Source: Lama guanicoe (Eukaryota). Taken from it: DNA of 64,000 bases. A model generated the notes under the pieces. That model was not told the origin of the DNA. It made no database searches and saw only the letters and a list, made by a program, of their open reading frames with translations. Numbering within the stretch: position 1 is the stretch's first letter; each line of letters begins with the position of its first letter. The stretch spans positions 172,867 through 236,866 of the forward strand of contig MU055016.1 of assembly GCA_013239625.1 (NCBI GenBank). The letters run 5' to 3'. The translations under genes and the position numbers were made by a program. Shown here piece by piece: positions 1-57,689 of the stretch.

Positions 1-226
1 CGCGGGGCGCGGGCGCGGGCGCGAGCGCAGTGAAGGAACGATCTTGGGCGTGGAGCCGGGCCGTGGAGGCCGCGAGAGCCCAGCGTCGCCCCCCAGCCAG
101 GAAGGAAAGGGCAGTAGCGGGCCGCCGCCGCCCTTGGGACCGTCCGGCGCGCGTGTGTACGCCCGAGCCTAGCGGGCCGGGCGCAAGAGGCCGCCACCGG
201 GCGCAGCGGGCAGCCGGCGGGCAGGC

Positions 227-46002
<45,776 letters not shown>

Positions 46003-47670
46003 ACAGCCGGCCGCCCAGAGGGACCCTGCTTCCTTTCCCAAGCCCTGCTGGGGCAATTGCGTGCGCTCCATGGATGCCGCGGCCGACCAAAGGAGGTTTT
46101 TTTCAAGAAACGTGTTTTTATACAAAATAAGAGAACAAGGATTTTTAATTTTTTTTTTAGTATTTATTTATGTACTTTTATTTTACACTGAAACACTGCC
46201 TTTTTATTTATATGTACTGTTTTGTATGGCAGCAGGTAGACTCTTATCTGCTCCAAGAAAATAAACTAGTTCTCAGTCGTGATTTTTCCTACTTAGGATA
46301 CAGAATCCTAGGTATTTGTAAAATATAAACAAAGATTCATGATTTATAAATGCCATTTATTTATTGATTTCCTTTTTTTTTAATCCAAAAAGAAATGAGG
46401 TTGAAGAAGGGAGGTTTGAACCAGTTTTCAAAAAGTTGCTGGGGTGCCTGGCCTGTTGTGATCTCCCCTGACGTGCCCCCCAACCCCCAAACCCGGACCC
46501 TCCCAGTCCCCCCGCTCCTCCCAGCACCACCTGCATTTTATGGGAAGATGCATCTAGAGACAACGAAGCAAAACTTTGACACCTTTGGCACGTGGGTTAA
46601 TTTGCGTCTAAAATAGGAATGTAAAATGATGTGGTTTATGCGTTTTGGTGTTCCTTTAAGTGACTTTTAAAAACATGCTTTTAAAAATGTGGCCTTGGTG
46701 TATACCAATGGTACATTTCATGGTACCAATCATGAATCTTTGTTTTGGGTTCAGTATTATGTAGTTGTTCATTGAGCTTGTGAGTTCTTGTTCCTTCTGG
46801 AGGCTCCTCTGCCCGCCCCCTACCCTGCCCCTGCTGATTCTGAAGCATGCTGTAGAGTGAGAAGTTGGAGATGTGGCCGTGTGGTACCCACCTTTGGACA
46901 CCGTGGTGGGGAGGCCCACTCTCTTCTGGGGAAAGACACTGCCTGGGCCGCCCCATTGGAGGCCTCACAACCTGAACTGCATCTTCCAGGTTCAGCAGAA
47001 GATGGACAGGCACTCCTGGGGCCCAGCCGCTAATGGGCCCTTTTATAGGACACTTGGAGAAACATGGCTGGGTCCAGCCTCCGTGCACAGAGCCCTCGTC
47101 CCCCAGCTCGGTGGGGTGCTTGGGGCGCTAGGAGCCTGCTTGTGGGCCACCCCTCCTGGTTTAGGGGGGTGTGTGCTGGAGGAGGAGCAGATTCTTGATA
47201 CAGTATCAAGTATAAGCCTGTGGCGGAATAAACGTCTGTAAATACATTTTTAAAGGGGATTTTGTTTAAGAAATCTGAATGAAAGCAAATCTATCGGGAC
47301 ATGCTAATAAGGAATGTCGGACGGAACCCAGTGCTCGAGACCTGTGTCTGCTGGACCCTTAGATCCTATGAGCAGACCCAGGGAAGGGTCTGCTGCCCCA
47401 CCCCATCCCGCTCCGTCGGGCAGCACCACCTCCTCAGGGCACTTTCTCTGGCCTCGCCAGGGGCGTTTGCCATCCCTAGTGGGCATGACCAGACACTGCC
47501 TAAGATGTTGCTTCCTATTGTGTTTTATAAAATAGAGTGTAGTTTACATAAAAAGGAAACTTTTCAAAAACATTATCTACATGCAAGAGGGTAGGTGATG
47601 TAAATGATGTATTTTTTTTCATCTTTTTTGTTAACTGATTTGCAATAAAAATGGTCATCCAGGTTTTGCT
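46003..47670 (+). other. NOTCH1: NOTCH1 3'UTR
   Basis: AU-rich blocks after the stop codon; AATAAA at 46260, 47227 and 47644; 3' end approximate. Confidence 0.8.
47644..47649 (+). terminator. Probable main NOTCH1 poly(A) signal AATAAA
   Basis: Ends a U-rich block about 1.6 kb after the stop codon; composition returns to GC-rich intergenic afterwards. Confidence 0.7.
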
Positions 47671-48419
47671 AAACTTGGCTGAGGTGCTGGCTTGCTTCCT
47701 GAGAGAGGGAGGGCAGGCTGTTCTGCTGTGCAGTCACGCAGAGTCCCTGGCCCGTGAGTGCCAGGGTCACTGTCTCAGAGGCTGTACAGTGGCCCTGTCT
47801 GCCTGGGCCAGCCTCCATGCGGGGAGGCAGAGACGCAGCTGTGAGCAGGGCATGTACAGCCCTGTCTTGGGAGACTCAGCCACCCTGACACCAGGCTCCA
47901 GGCTTTCCCATCCATCAGTGCCTCAGAGGGTGGAGGCACCACATCCCCAGCCTGGGGGCCTTGGCAGGGAGGCTGCTGTAGGCAAGAGGGGCACAAGGAG
48001 GGCCTGGAGTAAGCCAGACCCTAGCATGCGAGCAAAGGGAGCCGCAGAAACATCTCAGCAGGGGCACCGTGGGGTTGACAGAGTAGGGGAGGTTCTGTGA
48101 CCCCAGGGGGTGCTGGCTGAGCAACACCCTTCCCTGGGGAGTCCTGAGTAGGGCCATCAGGCACCCACATGGGCCTCCCCATCTCCCTCCTGCCTGGGCC
48201 TCTACCTCCACCTGGCCCCACCCCTTCTCTGCCTGACCACGCCCCTCCCACTGGCCCCACCCCCAGGCCAGTGGATTCAAACCAGGTCAACCAAGGGAGA
48301 ATCTGATGACCTGCTTCTACTGCAAAGTGCCACCTGGACCTGGCCTATCCAAGCACAATTGTGAACCCAAGATTTCCTCACTAAGTTTGGATGCTTCATT
48401 CCTGGGACAAGTTCTGGAA

Positions 48420-49425
48420 AATGGAATATGGCAAATGGCTGAACTTTCACTTTCAGAGGGAGTGGACCCAGCCTGCATTCTGCCCGAAGAGCTCTCAGCA
48501 CCCTGAAATCACACTCCTAGGTGTACACACAAAAGAAGCGAAACAGACCCAAACAAGTCCACGTACACATGTGCTCACAGCACCCAAGAGGTTGGAACAA
48601 CCCAGACGCCCATCAGCTGACAAATGTGTGAACCAAATGTAGACCCACCCTCTGATGGTTAGTTTTAAGTGCCGAGTGGCTGGGCCCTTGAGCCAAGTGT
48701 GAGCGTGCCTCTGGATGAGATGAGCGGTGGAGCCTGTGGGTGAGTAAAGAAGACGCCCTCCCCCGTGTGGGCGGGCCCGTCCAGCCAGGTGGAGACCTGA
48801 ACAGACCGAAAGGGTTGAGCAACAGGGCCGTCCTCCCGCCTGGCCACTTGAGCTGGAGCGCCTGGCTCTTCCTGCCTTCAGATTTGGACTGAAGCCTTCT
48901 CTTCCTGGGTCTCAAGCTGCTGATCACAGACCTTGAGACTTAGCCTCTGTCATCATGTAAGCCAATTCCTTAGAGTGAGTCTCTCTACATATTTATACAT
49001 CTTGTTGGCTCTATCTGGAGAACCCAGACCAAATACACATATGATGGAATATTATTCAGCTATAAAAAGGAATGAAGCCCTGATACCTACTACAGCGTGG
49101 CCAAAACTCAAAAACATGCTAAGCGATAGAAGCCAGACGCAAAAGGCCGCGTAACATGTGAGTGCATTTGTGTGAAATGCCCGAAGCAGGTAAACCCACA
49201 GAGACAGGAAGCAGATTAGTGGTTCCCAGGGTGGGGGCGGGGGGGTGGCACAAAGTGACTGCCCAGTGGGTCAGGATGACTACTTTGGGGGATGAAATGT
49301 TTTGGAACTTGGTGGAGGTGACGGTTGCACACCATTTTTAACGCATTAAATGCCGCCGAATTGTTGGCTGTACAATGGTTAGTTTTATGTTCTATGAATT
49401 GTATCCCCATAAATTATTTTTTTAA
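48420..49425 (+). mobile_element. L1M (L1MB-like) 3' region interrupted by an MLT2 LTR
   Basis: …tggaatattattcagctataaaaaggaatgaag…agaagccagacgcaaaaggcc…gcagattagtggtt… L1 3'UTR signature on both sides of the LTR. Confidence 0.7.
48651..49036 (+). mobile_element. MLT2-like ERVL LTR
   Basis: Starts tgatggttagttttaagtg, ends ctggagaacccagaccaaataca, both typical MLT2 termini. Confidence 0.7.
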
Positions 49426-49599
49426 AACAAAGAACTCCCTGCAACCTGTCCTTCTCATCGTGGATGTACAGTCTGAGTCGGCCCGCTCTGCCACCCCACC
49501 CTCACAAGGACCCCCCGCCCAGCCACCATGCACCTCCCAGGGAGGACACAGCCCCTCCCTCGGACTAAGCTCAGCCAAGACACCCCTGACTTGGGGGTC

Positions 49600-49976
49600 T
49601 GTTATGGGCTGAATTGTATACTCCCCAAATTCATAGGGTGAAGCCCCAGCTCCCAGAGCTAAGAATGCAGCTGTGTTTGCAGACAGGGTCTTTACAGAGG
49701 TGACTGAGTTAACATGAGGTCCTAAGGTGGCTGTAATCCAGCGTGACTGGGGTCCTTATAAGAAGAGGTGATCAGGACACAGACACACAGAGGGACGATG
49801 TGAAGATGTGGGGAGAGGACGGCCAACTCCAAGCCCAGGAGACAGACCTCCCAGGACATCAGCCCCGCTGACACCCTGACCTCTGGCTGCCAGCCCCCAG
49901 AACTGTGAGAGACGAATTTCTGTTAAGCCACCCGGTCTGCGGCACTTCGTCATGGCAGCCCCAGCAGACTAACACA
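49600..49976 (+). mobile_element. MLT1 (MaLR) LTR, MLT1A/B-like
   Basis: TGTTATGGGCTGAATTG… start, …ccagaactgtgaga…aatttctgttaagccacc…cagactaaCA end. Confidence 0.8.
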
Positions 49977-50220
49977 GCATCCCAGGTCACCCCTCTCAAG
50001 TGCCCAGTGCGTGTCCTAGGGGCCACATCCCCAGCAGCTGCAGCCAGCTGGCCCCGGTGTCTGCCATGGTTGCCTGGCCCTCGGGGGGGCACATCCCAGG
50101 GGTCCGACTTGCGCTTGTCAACACGCATAACAAAGGAGGCCGACACGCGGCTGCCAGCCCACCCTCTTGACGGCTTGGGGGAGGGGGCACCTTCCTCCAG
50201 GACTGGAGGATGGTTTAAAG

Positions 50221-50395
50221 CAGCACCGTCCAACAGGAGTGGCATGCGAGCCACAGGTACAATTGCAAGTGTTTGGTAGCCACAATTAGAAGTGAAAAGA
50301 ACCAGGTGAGGGTTTTTTAATAATACCTCTTAGTTAACCCAATATGTCCCAAACGTTATCGCCTCAGCCTGTAATCGACATAAACAGTTAATGGG
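50221..50395 (+). mobile_element. MER33-like hAT-Charlie fragment
   Basis: cagcaccgtccaa…atgcgagccac…ttaacccaatatgtcc. Confidence 0.55.
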
Positions 50396-50467
50396 ATACA
50401 GTTTGGACTCTGGCTTTTGGGGGAGGGGAGCGGGGAGTATACTGTGGCTTTGAAATCCAGTTGGGAC

Positions 50468-50597
50468 GAGGAGGGTAATAGCCCAGGGGTAGACTGTGTG
50501 CTTCGCATGCATGAGGTCCTGAGTTCGATCTCCAGTACCTTCATTAACAAAATAAATAACACAAATCAAGCTGATTACCTCTTCCCCCGAAAAAAAA
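50468..50597 (+). mobile_element. tRNA-derived SINE (Vic-1-like)
   Basis: gagggtaatagcccaggggtagac…gcatgcatgaggtcctgagttcgatctccagtacc plus A-rich tail. Confidence 0.75.
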
Positions 50598-52231
50598 TTT
50601 TTGAAAGAAGAGAAGGCTATGGCACACCTCTGTCCTGCCACAGCTCAGGTGCGTGATCACCACGTGTGGGTCAAGGCCATCACGTTGGATGCTCGGATTG
50701 AGATGATCAAAGCGTCCAACTTCTCAGCACTGCAGGGAAACCTAAGGTGTATCACTGGCATGGTGTGCTGCTCCACACTGTCCTGGACTGAGCCCCAGAT
50801 GTGGCTCTGCACCCCTCTAGCCATAGCAGAGAGGGGACCGATGAGCCAGGAGGGACAGCATCAATGCCCAGATTAAACAGACTGGCAGGGCTACCCCCTG
50901 CCAGAAAGCCAGCAGTGTCGTGGGTGCTGGTGCTGCTCAGAGGGCCATCGCCAGCTGCCCGCTTTCCGAACATCGGCAGGCGAGGCTGTGCTTAGCAGGG
51001 AGCTGGCCTCCACTCTGGTGGGACTTTGTATCTCATCACGGGCCAATGACAAATTGTTCGTGGACCAGCCCCATCCAGAAACCATGGCCAGGAGCCCTGC
51101 TGGAGAGGGCAGAGCTGTCAGTGGACAGACGATGATGGAGAGCTTTGTATGGTCACTTCTCATGATGGGGTCCTGGGCATCACAGCCAAGGATTATTGTG
51201 TCAAAGTAATTCAACCAGAAACCTAAGTGATGTGGTCCAGCTTGATCCCATGGCCAATGGAGACCTGGAAGCACTGTGTCCCAAAGGGTGTTTGGTGGAT
51301 TGTTGACGGGTTTGGGAAGCCCTAGGTCAGGGGATCCCTTTCTGGAGGACTTCTTAGACCTCTGAAACAATCGTGTGGACCGTCAGTCTCTAGGAGGGAA
51401 CGCATGTGCACTGGTTTCCAAAGGAACTCACCGTTACCATGATTGAGGCGTGGCGTCAGTTGGGCACAGTGGGGAAACGCTGCTCCAAGGAGTCGTGGAG
51501 TCTGCCTGCTGGGCTTCCTAACCGTGTTCCTGTGTCTCCACCTGCCCCGTTGCAGCCGTTGCATCTTAGGCAGGTGACTCAGTGTTTCCGAGACTCAGTG
51601 TCTCAGGCATTAAGCAGGAGCTCTCTGAGCAAACCTCCTGGGCTTGTGGCGGGGATGGGACCTGCAAGATTGCTGACATGGAGCTCCTGGAACAGGGCAC
51701 AGACTCAGAAATAGCACAGAGTTCTAAAATGTGTTCTTCACGCTGCCCCTGCAGACCCGTGCGCTCGCTCAAGCCAGGCAGCAGTCCCACTCAATAGATG
51801 CTGCCCCCAACCCCGTTCAGGACAGAGAAACCCAGGCTCAAGGAGGTGGTGGTCTGCACCGCAGAAGCATTGCTTATGCGTAACAACAGACCTGCCGTGT
51901 GAAGGGCCTGAGTTACATTTTATACTTTTTCACATGTGACCCATTCCTGAACCACGTGGTGCATGATGCGTTACCAATATTCGTTATCAATCTATAGTTC
52001 TCTAGAGATTCACAATAACTACTACAAATCTCCGTACACCTGAGAGATATTGCGGGTTTGGGTCCAGGCTCTGCAATAAAATGAGTATCACAGTAAAGGA
52101 AGTCAAAGTTTTTGGTTTCCCAGGGCATATAAAAGTTGTGTTTACACTAGACTGCAGTCCATTAAGTGTGCAATAATAGCATTAAGTCTAAAGAAACAAC
52201 ATATACACCTTAATTAAAAAATGGGAACAGT

Positions 52232-52345
52232 GGGGAGGGTATAGCTCAGTGGAAGGGCACATGCCCAGCATGCACGAGGTCCTGGGTTCAATCCCTGGTA
52301 CCTCCGTTAAAAAAATAATTAAATCTAATTCCCCGCCCCCAAAAG
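52232..52345 (+). mobile_element. tRNA-derived SINE (Vic-1-like) nested in Tigger1
   Basis: GGGGAGGGTATAGCTCAGTGG…GCATGCACGAGGTCCTGGGTTCAATCCCTGGTACCTCC plus AT-rich tail. Confidence 0.85.
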
Positions 52346-52491
52346 CAATACAGTAACAGACAGTAACTAATAGCAGTAAATCAGGCCGTTTTCCTCTCTT
52401 GGACTGGCCCACTCCCAGCTCCCAGGAGTGTACTATATTTCACTACTATGTTTTCACTTCACTAATAAAAGTCCTGTTTATATCAAAAAAA

Positions 52492-52627
52492 NNNNNNNNN
52501 NNNNNNNNNNNNNNNNNNNNNNNNNNNNNNNNNNNNNNNNNNNNNNNNNNNNNNNNNNNNNNNNNNNNNNNNNNNNNNNNNNNNNNNNNNNNNNNNNNNN
52601 NNNNNNNNNNNNNNNNNNNNNNNNNNN
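52492..52627. other. Assembly gap (136 N), intergenic
   Basis: N run. Confidence 0.99.
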
Positions 52628-55474
52628 AGCGCCCATAGACTTGCTCAATGCGGGGTTGCCAGAGCCCTTCGATTTGTAAAACACACAGTATCTGTGAAGG
52701 GCAAGAGAGCTGGCTCTGCCTGTACTGTAGTCTTTGTCACCCTGTTTCAGCATTTCTTCATTTAAAAAAACAAGCCTTAGAAAAGTGTGTGTGTAAGTTT
52801 ATGTAGGTTACGTATCCTCCACCAATCATTTTCTCACCTGCAAATTAAAGAAAGAGAGGATGCTGACCTGAAGTGGCATTCTCCCTGGCCACACCTGGCT
52901 AAGGACTTACCCAGTTACCAGAGACCTAGTGGGTGCAGGATGAGTGCCAAATATGGATCCTTTATTAAGAAACGACACTTACCAGCCCCCACTGCTGTGA
53001 GGATTAAATCGCTGAGCATAGAGCTTGAAAAACGCACGTCCCCTTTAAGCACAATTCCTGGAGGATTCAGGGAGGACCTGCCGTGTTCAGCAGACCCCAC
53101 CACCCTCAGGGAGGGCAGAGATGAACCCTCCCCAGAGAGAGCTGCAGGCTGGGGGTGCTGCGCAGGGCCAGAAACAGTTCTCTGGCTGCACTGGTGCCAG
53201 TCCTGAATGAGCCTCGGGGATTCCTGATGCCAGCACCTGGAAGCCCAGAGCCTCAGCCATCATGGGAGGAGGCGCCAGCCTGGCAATGGCTTAGCCTGCC
53301 TACTCGGAGGTGGCTCTCTGCCTCCCCCTGCTGGTCGTGCCCCACCAGTGTCCCCTTTGGCAAGCAGGTGGTCCCCATGGGGATTTCCAGTGGGCCAGGT
53401 GAGGCTTCACTATTTACAGTTTATGTCTGCACCTCACCTAACACTCAGGGCCATCTCCTGCAACACGGCTGTTATCCCATTTTACAGATGAGGACGGTGG
53501 GGCTCAAAGAGGTAAATGACTGCCCCAAGTTCACCCACGTGAACCAGAACTCTGGGACTCTCCAGCCAAGGTTCCCATCACCCTCTGAGGGGCCATCTCC
53601 CCTTGGAGGGCTACGCGGGCCTGTCGAGCCTCTACTGTTCAGCTCTGCCAATCTTCAGACAGGGAAACTGGCGCTCATGGAGGGACTTGCCAGGGTCACT
53701 TTGCCAGGAGTTAACGCTGCAGCCAGCCTGGTGCTCGGCAACCTGCAGATGCTGGTGTTCCTCCAAGTTCCACTCTAGGGCCTTCCTAATTCCCAGTCCA
53801 CAGTCCTCCAAGGCCTCCAAGTCCACACCTGTAACATAAGTCACCACCAATGCTCAGGACTCCTGCCCTCCCATCCCGTTTGCTCCCTTGGCTGACGTGT
53901 GTGGAGCATCTGTGCTGTGCCAGGGGCTGCGGATGCAGCTGGCAGCGAGAGAGCCAGTCCTGCCCCCAGAGGTCATCCAGGGTTCGACTGTCCCCACCAG
54001 TCTGCCCCTAAACCCCTGGGGAACCCAAGGCCAGCTCCTGGGCTCCTGGCTCTGGGTGGTCTCCTGTCAGAGAGACAAGGGGAGGCTGAACTGATGTCAT
54101 TCCTGGCTGAAAAGCCCCCAAACACTTCCCATGCTTTCAGAGACCAAGTCTACATGCCCTCAGGGAGCCTGCAGAGCCCCACGCAACGCACACCCACCAG
54201 CTCTCACGCCGTTTCCTGCTTTCTGGTTTCTGCTCCTTGCCACTACAAGGAGTGTTTGCTTCAGCCACAAAGGCTCCTTTTTTTCCATCCTGCCTCTACA
54301 TGACCCCCAACAGGGAGGATTCTGCCTTGCCAGGTGCCCTCACAGTGCTCCCTGCCTGCACTGGGCACATTCACAGATGTCCAGTGTCCACACTCCCCCA
54401 GGGATAGCAGCCAGGCCTGTCTGTCCCATGGACAAAGCCTCAGCACCCTCCAACACCTGGTGTGCAGTAGGGCTCGGCAAACATCTGCGTTCAGTTTGGG
54501 GAAGGACGGCTCCCAGACTTTCCTGAGGCCCCGCTGCAGCTAAGGAGCCACAAGGCAGGTTTTCCTGCGACTCCAGGTCTCTGTAGCCCCAGGTGGGTGT
54601 GGACTCAATGTCTCCCTGTGCTTTCTATTTCATCCCTGTTGCTTATCATCTTAGATGCTTACTACTTGGCTTAATGATTAATAAAAGAAAGTTCTCTAAA
54701 CCTTGCTAGGCACCAGAAGTGTTTCCAGATGCTGCAGATGGGAGACAGTGCTGTCCTCGTGCTAACAGTGACACTGACGGTGGTGACATTTATCAGGCCT
54801 GGCTGGGGCTTGGCCTGGATGTGGATTTCCTCCCGAAACCAGCAGCCAACCTGGAGGCACGACAGGTGCCACCATACTCAGGGGCCCGACACACAGGTGC
54901 TACGGAACAAACTCTAATGTGCAGCTACCTGTGCCTGGGGACTGCTTTCTCCCAAAGGGGCAGACTCCCACCCCTCCTCTCCAGCCATGCAGTCCTCCTC
55001 AGCCCTGTTAGCTCCTCTGGAAGCCCTCCCCACCTGCTCTTTTCACCTCTGTGGCCCTAACATGCTTTTTGTCCAGACCACTCAGCCAGCCCCATCTCAT
55101 GAAGGCTGTCCCTTCTTTCCAGGCCGAGCTAGGCAGGCCCGCCTCCCGCACCCTCAGCCTCAGCACCCAAGACTGAGGGTGTGTGTGTCAGGGGCAGAGT
55201 GCCTGGCACGGAGCAGGCTTGCCCTACAAACAGCCCCAAACCACATTTGGTGCCCCAGTGGGAGTGAGCGGCAGAGGCTCAAGGCCTTGGGCCACCTGCC
55301 TCCGCCTACACCAAGACTGCTGCCCCACCTCCCAGGGGCTACTCTGAGGACTGCCTGGCTGGTCGGTCATCAGAAGAGGGTCAGTTCCACCAACCAGGAG
55401 GCTACAAGCCCCAGGCTGGGGATGCTGAGTGGCCGGCCCCTGACCCCCTGTGACAATGTGCTCACCATCTAGAC

Positions 55475-55745
55475 CAGCACTGTCCAGTGGAATTATAATG
55501 CCAGCCACATATAGAATTTTCAACTTCCTGGTAGCTATATTTTTTAAAGAAAACAGATGAAAACATATTTTATCATATATTTTATTTAACCCAATATATT
55601 CAAAATATTATCATTTCAATAGGTGGTAAAAGGCTACCAATGAGATCTTTTGCATTCTTGGCACTGAGGCACATCCTCTGCCCATCCAAGAGCCCATCCT
55701 GGTTCGGACCAGACACCTGGCAGGTGCTCAGTGGCAGCCTCCTTG
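55475..55745 (+). mobile_element. MER33-like hAT-Charlie element
   Basis: cagcactgtccagtggaattataatgccagccacatat…ttttatttaacccaatatattcaaaatattatcatttcaa. Confidence 0.7.
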
Positions 55746-57689
55746 GAAGGCATAGGCTAACAGGAGAGGCCAACTGTCACAATATGGAACACAATGTCAC
55801 AACGAAAGGACAGCCAAGTTCTCTGGCACAGGCTCCGCCCATTGTCCGGGCAAGTGTGCAGCTCTGGGTCCTGTGAGCTCTGGGTAACGTGACTACAGCT
55901 TGGGTCACCGAGATTTGCATGAGGAGCTACAACTTTGTCCCCAGAAAAGAGTGGCTGATCCTAATCCACCTAGGGGGGCTTCAGGGAGGAGGTGACGTTT
56001 GTATCCACTCTCTAAGTATGAGCCAGGGGAGGGACTGAGAAAAAGGAGAGGAGTGGGCATCAGGCAAAAGGAAGCAAGCCTAATCAAGAAGAGAGACGGC
56101 CCTGGGGCAGCGCACCTCCAAGGCACAGCCCCCCATCCTCGCTTCCCCTGATAGTCCCAGTGCACGCCTGATGTCTTGTCCCAGCATGTGTATCAACAGC
56201 ACACTCTTTTAGTCCTCAAGTTGTCTGGGTGCTCACCCTGCCTAAACCCTGGGATGACAAGGATAAGGAAGCTGACAAAGGGCACACAGCATCTAGGTAG
56301 CAGACTGGGCATTAAAGCAGACGGTCTTCGACTCAGAGCCTTGCCTCCATGGCATGATGACTCGGCTGTGGGCCCAAGAACCATCTCCTTAACATCAGGT
56401 TGCAGACCTGAGAACCTGAGAGGGTCTCCATGCAGGGGCTTAGCAGGAGGGAGGAGAGGGAAAGATGGCCCCAAGGTCCTTACAGGTCCACTTTGCTGAC
56501 CATGGCTTCCCTTAAAGTCACCATTTAGGAGTCAACACCACGCTTCACCTTTGACAACCCACTCAGGGCCCAGAGGTCTCAAATTTGCCCTGGGCAGGTT
56601 GCCTTCTGCAGCTTCTGGTGTTTTCAGGTTAGAGCCCGCCAGACCTGACCACAGGGCTCCCTGGGTCACTAGAGGGGAAAGTCTGAGCCCCAGCTACTGT
56701 GCTCTTTGAACTCAACCCAAGAGTGGAGGAGCGAGCCCTGAGCCTGGGAGCGTCAGTGCTTTTGCCTCTGCACTGGGGTGGGGACAGGTGGTGGTGGGGT
56801 GCGTGAACAGCCACATCCCCCTCCGCAGAGTGATTTGTTGGGACAAAGTGACTGCAGAACACAGTGACCACCAGGAAAAAGGGGATCAGGTGGTGGGGCC
56901 CACGGATGCGTTCTAGCACGTGTTCCCTAACTCTGTATTTAAACAGGCTGGGAACTCGATTTCTGCAAGGCAAATGTTAGCTTAGCAGAGTGGCCACGTC
57001 AGATGGGCTGAAATTCTCCCCGCACCCACCTGGGGCTCTGACAGCGTGGCTGCTCCCTTGCCAGCGTCACAGAGAACAAACAGAAGAATCACACTTCTTC
57101 CTTCTTCCCAAGCTTCAGGGTCCCACCAGTGACCAGGGTGCCCTCCCACCCCCACCCCCCCAGGGCCAATGCACAGCAGCAGCTGGGAGCTGCTGGAAGC
57201 TGCTGGGAGCTGAGTGGCTGGGCGTTGCGCAATTGGACAGGCACACTTGAAGGAACTAGGGCAAGCCAGAGGGCTGCTGTTCTTCCCTGTTCTTGCCAGG
57301 CAGGTGGCAGGTGAGTGGGCCGGGTCAGGTGGACGCTTCTTCACCTGCTAAGCCTCCCACTTCTCAGTGGGAGAACAAGGGTACAAACGGCAACACCTCG
57401 TCTTCCCTAAGATCCTCCACAGTAGGGCTCAGATGGTGTCCGGGTGGGCGCCAGGACGGGGGAGGGACAAGAGGCTGAGGCCCAGCAGCCTAGCGTGTCA
57501 CTCCGTACCTCGTGGGTCGCCTTCATTCAACACAAATATCCACTCAACAACGGTTATGGAACAGCGCAGAGAGCCCCTGGCTTCCGTCCACGGGGCATCA
57601 CTGGGCACAGAGGGAACCGCTGCTCACTGGGAGAAGAGTCAGGGGCCTTGAGGAGGCTTAGGGCAGACAAAAGAGGGGCCTGGGACTGC

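Larger units (their letters stand above)
52033..52724 (+). mobile_element. Tigger1-derived DNA transposon (both ends present, with insertions and an N gap inside)
   Basis: 5' end gagatattgcgggtttgggtccag…gcaataaa; 3' end atagacttgctcaatgcggggttgcc…gtatctgtgaag…gcctgta. Confidence 0.75.

Noticed and set aside
50640-51440. Coding-like intergenic stretch (VKAITLDARIEMIK faintly resembles a Tigger/CENP-B HTH)
   Set aside because: Broken frames and similarity too weak to call without a Dfam or BLASTX search.
52232-52305. tRNA-like sequences with A and B boxes (also at 42400 and 50470)
   Set aside because: Degenerate stems and A-rich tails indicate SINEs, not tRNA genes.
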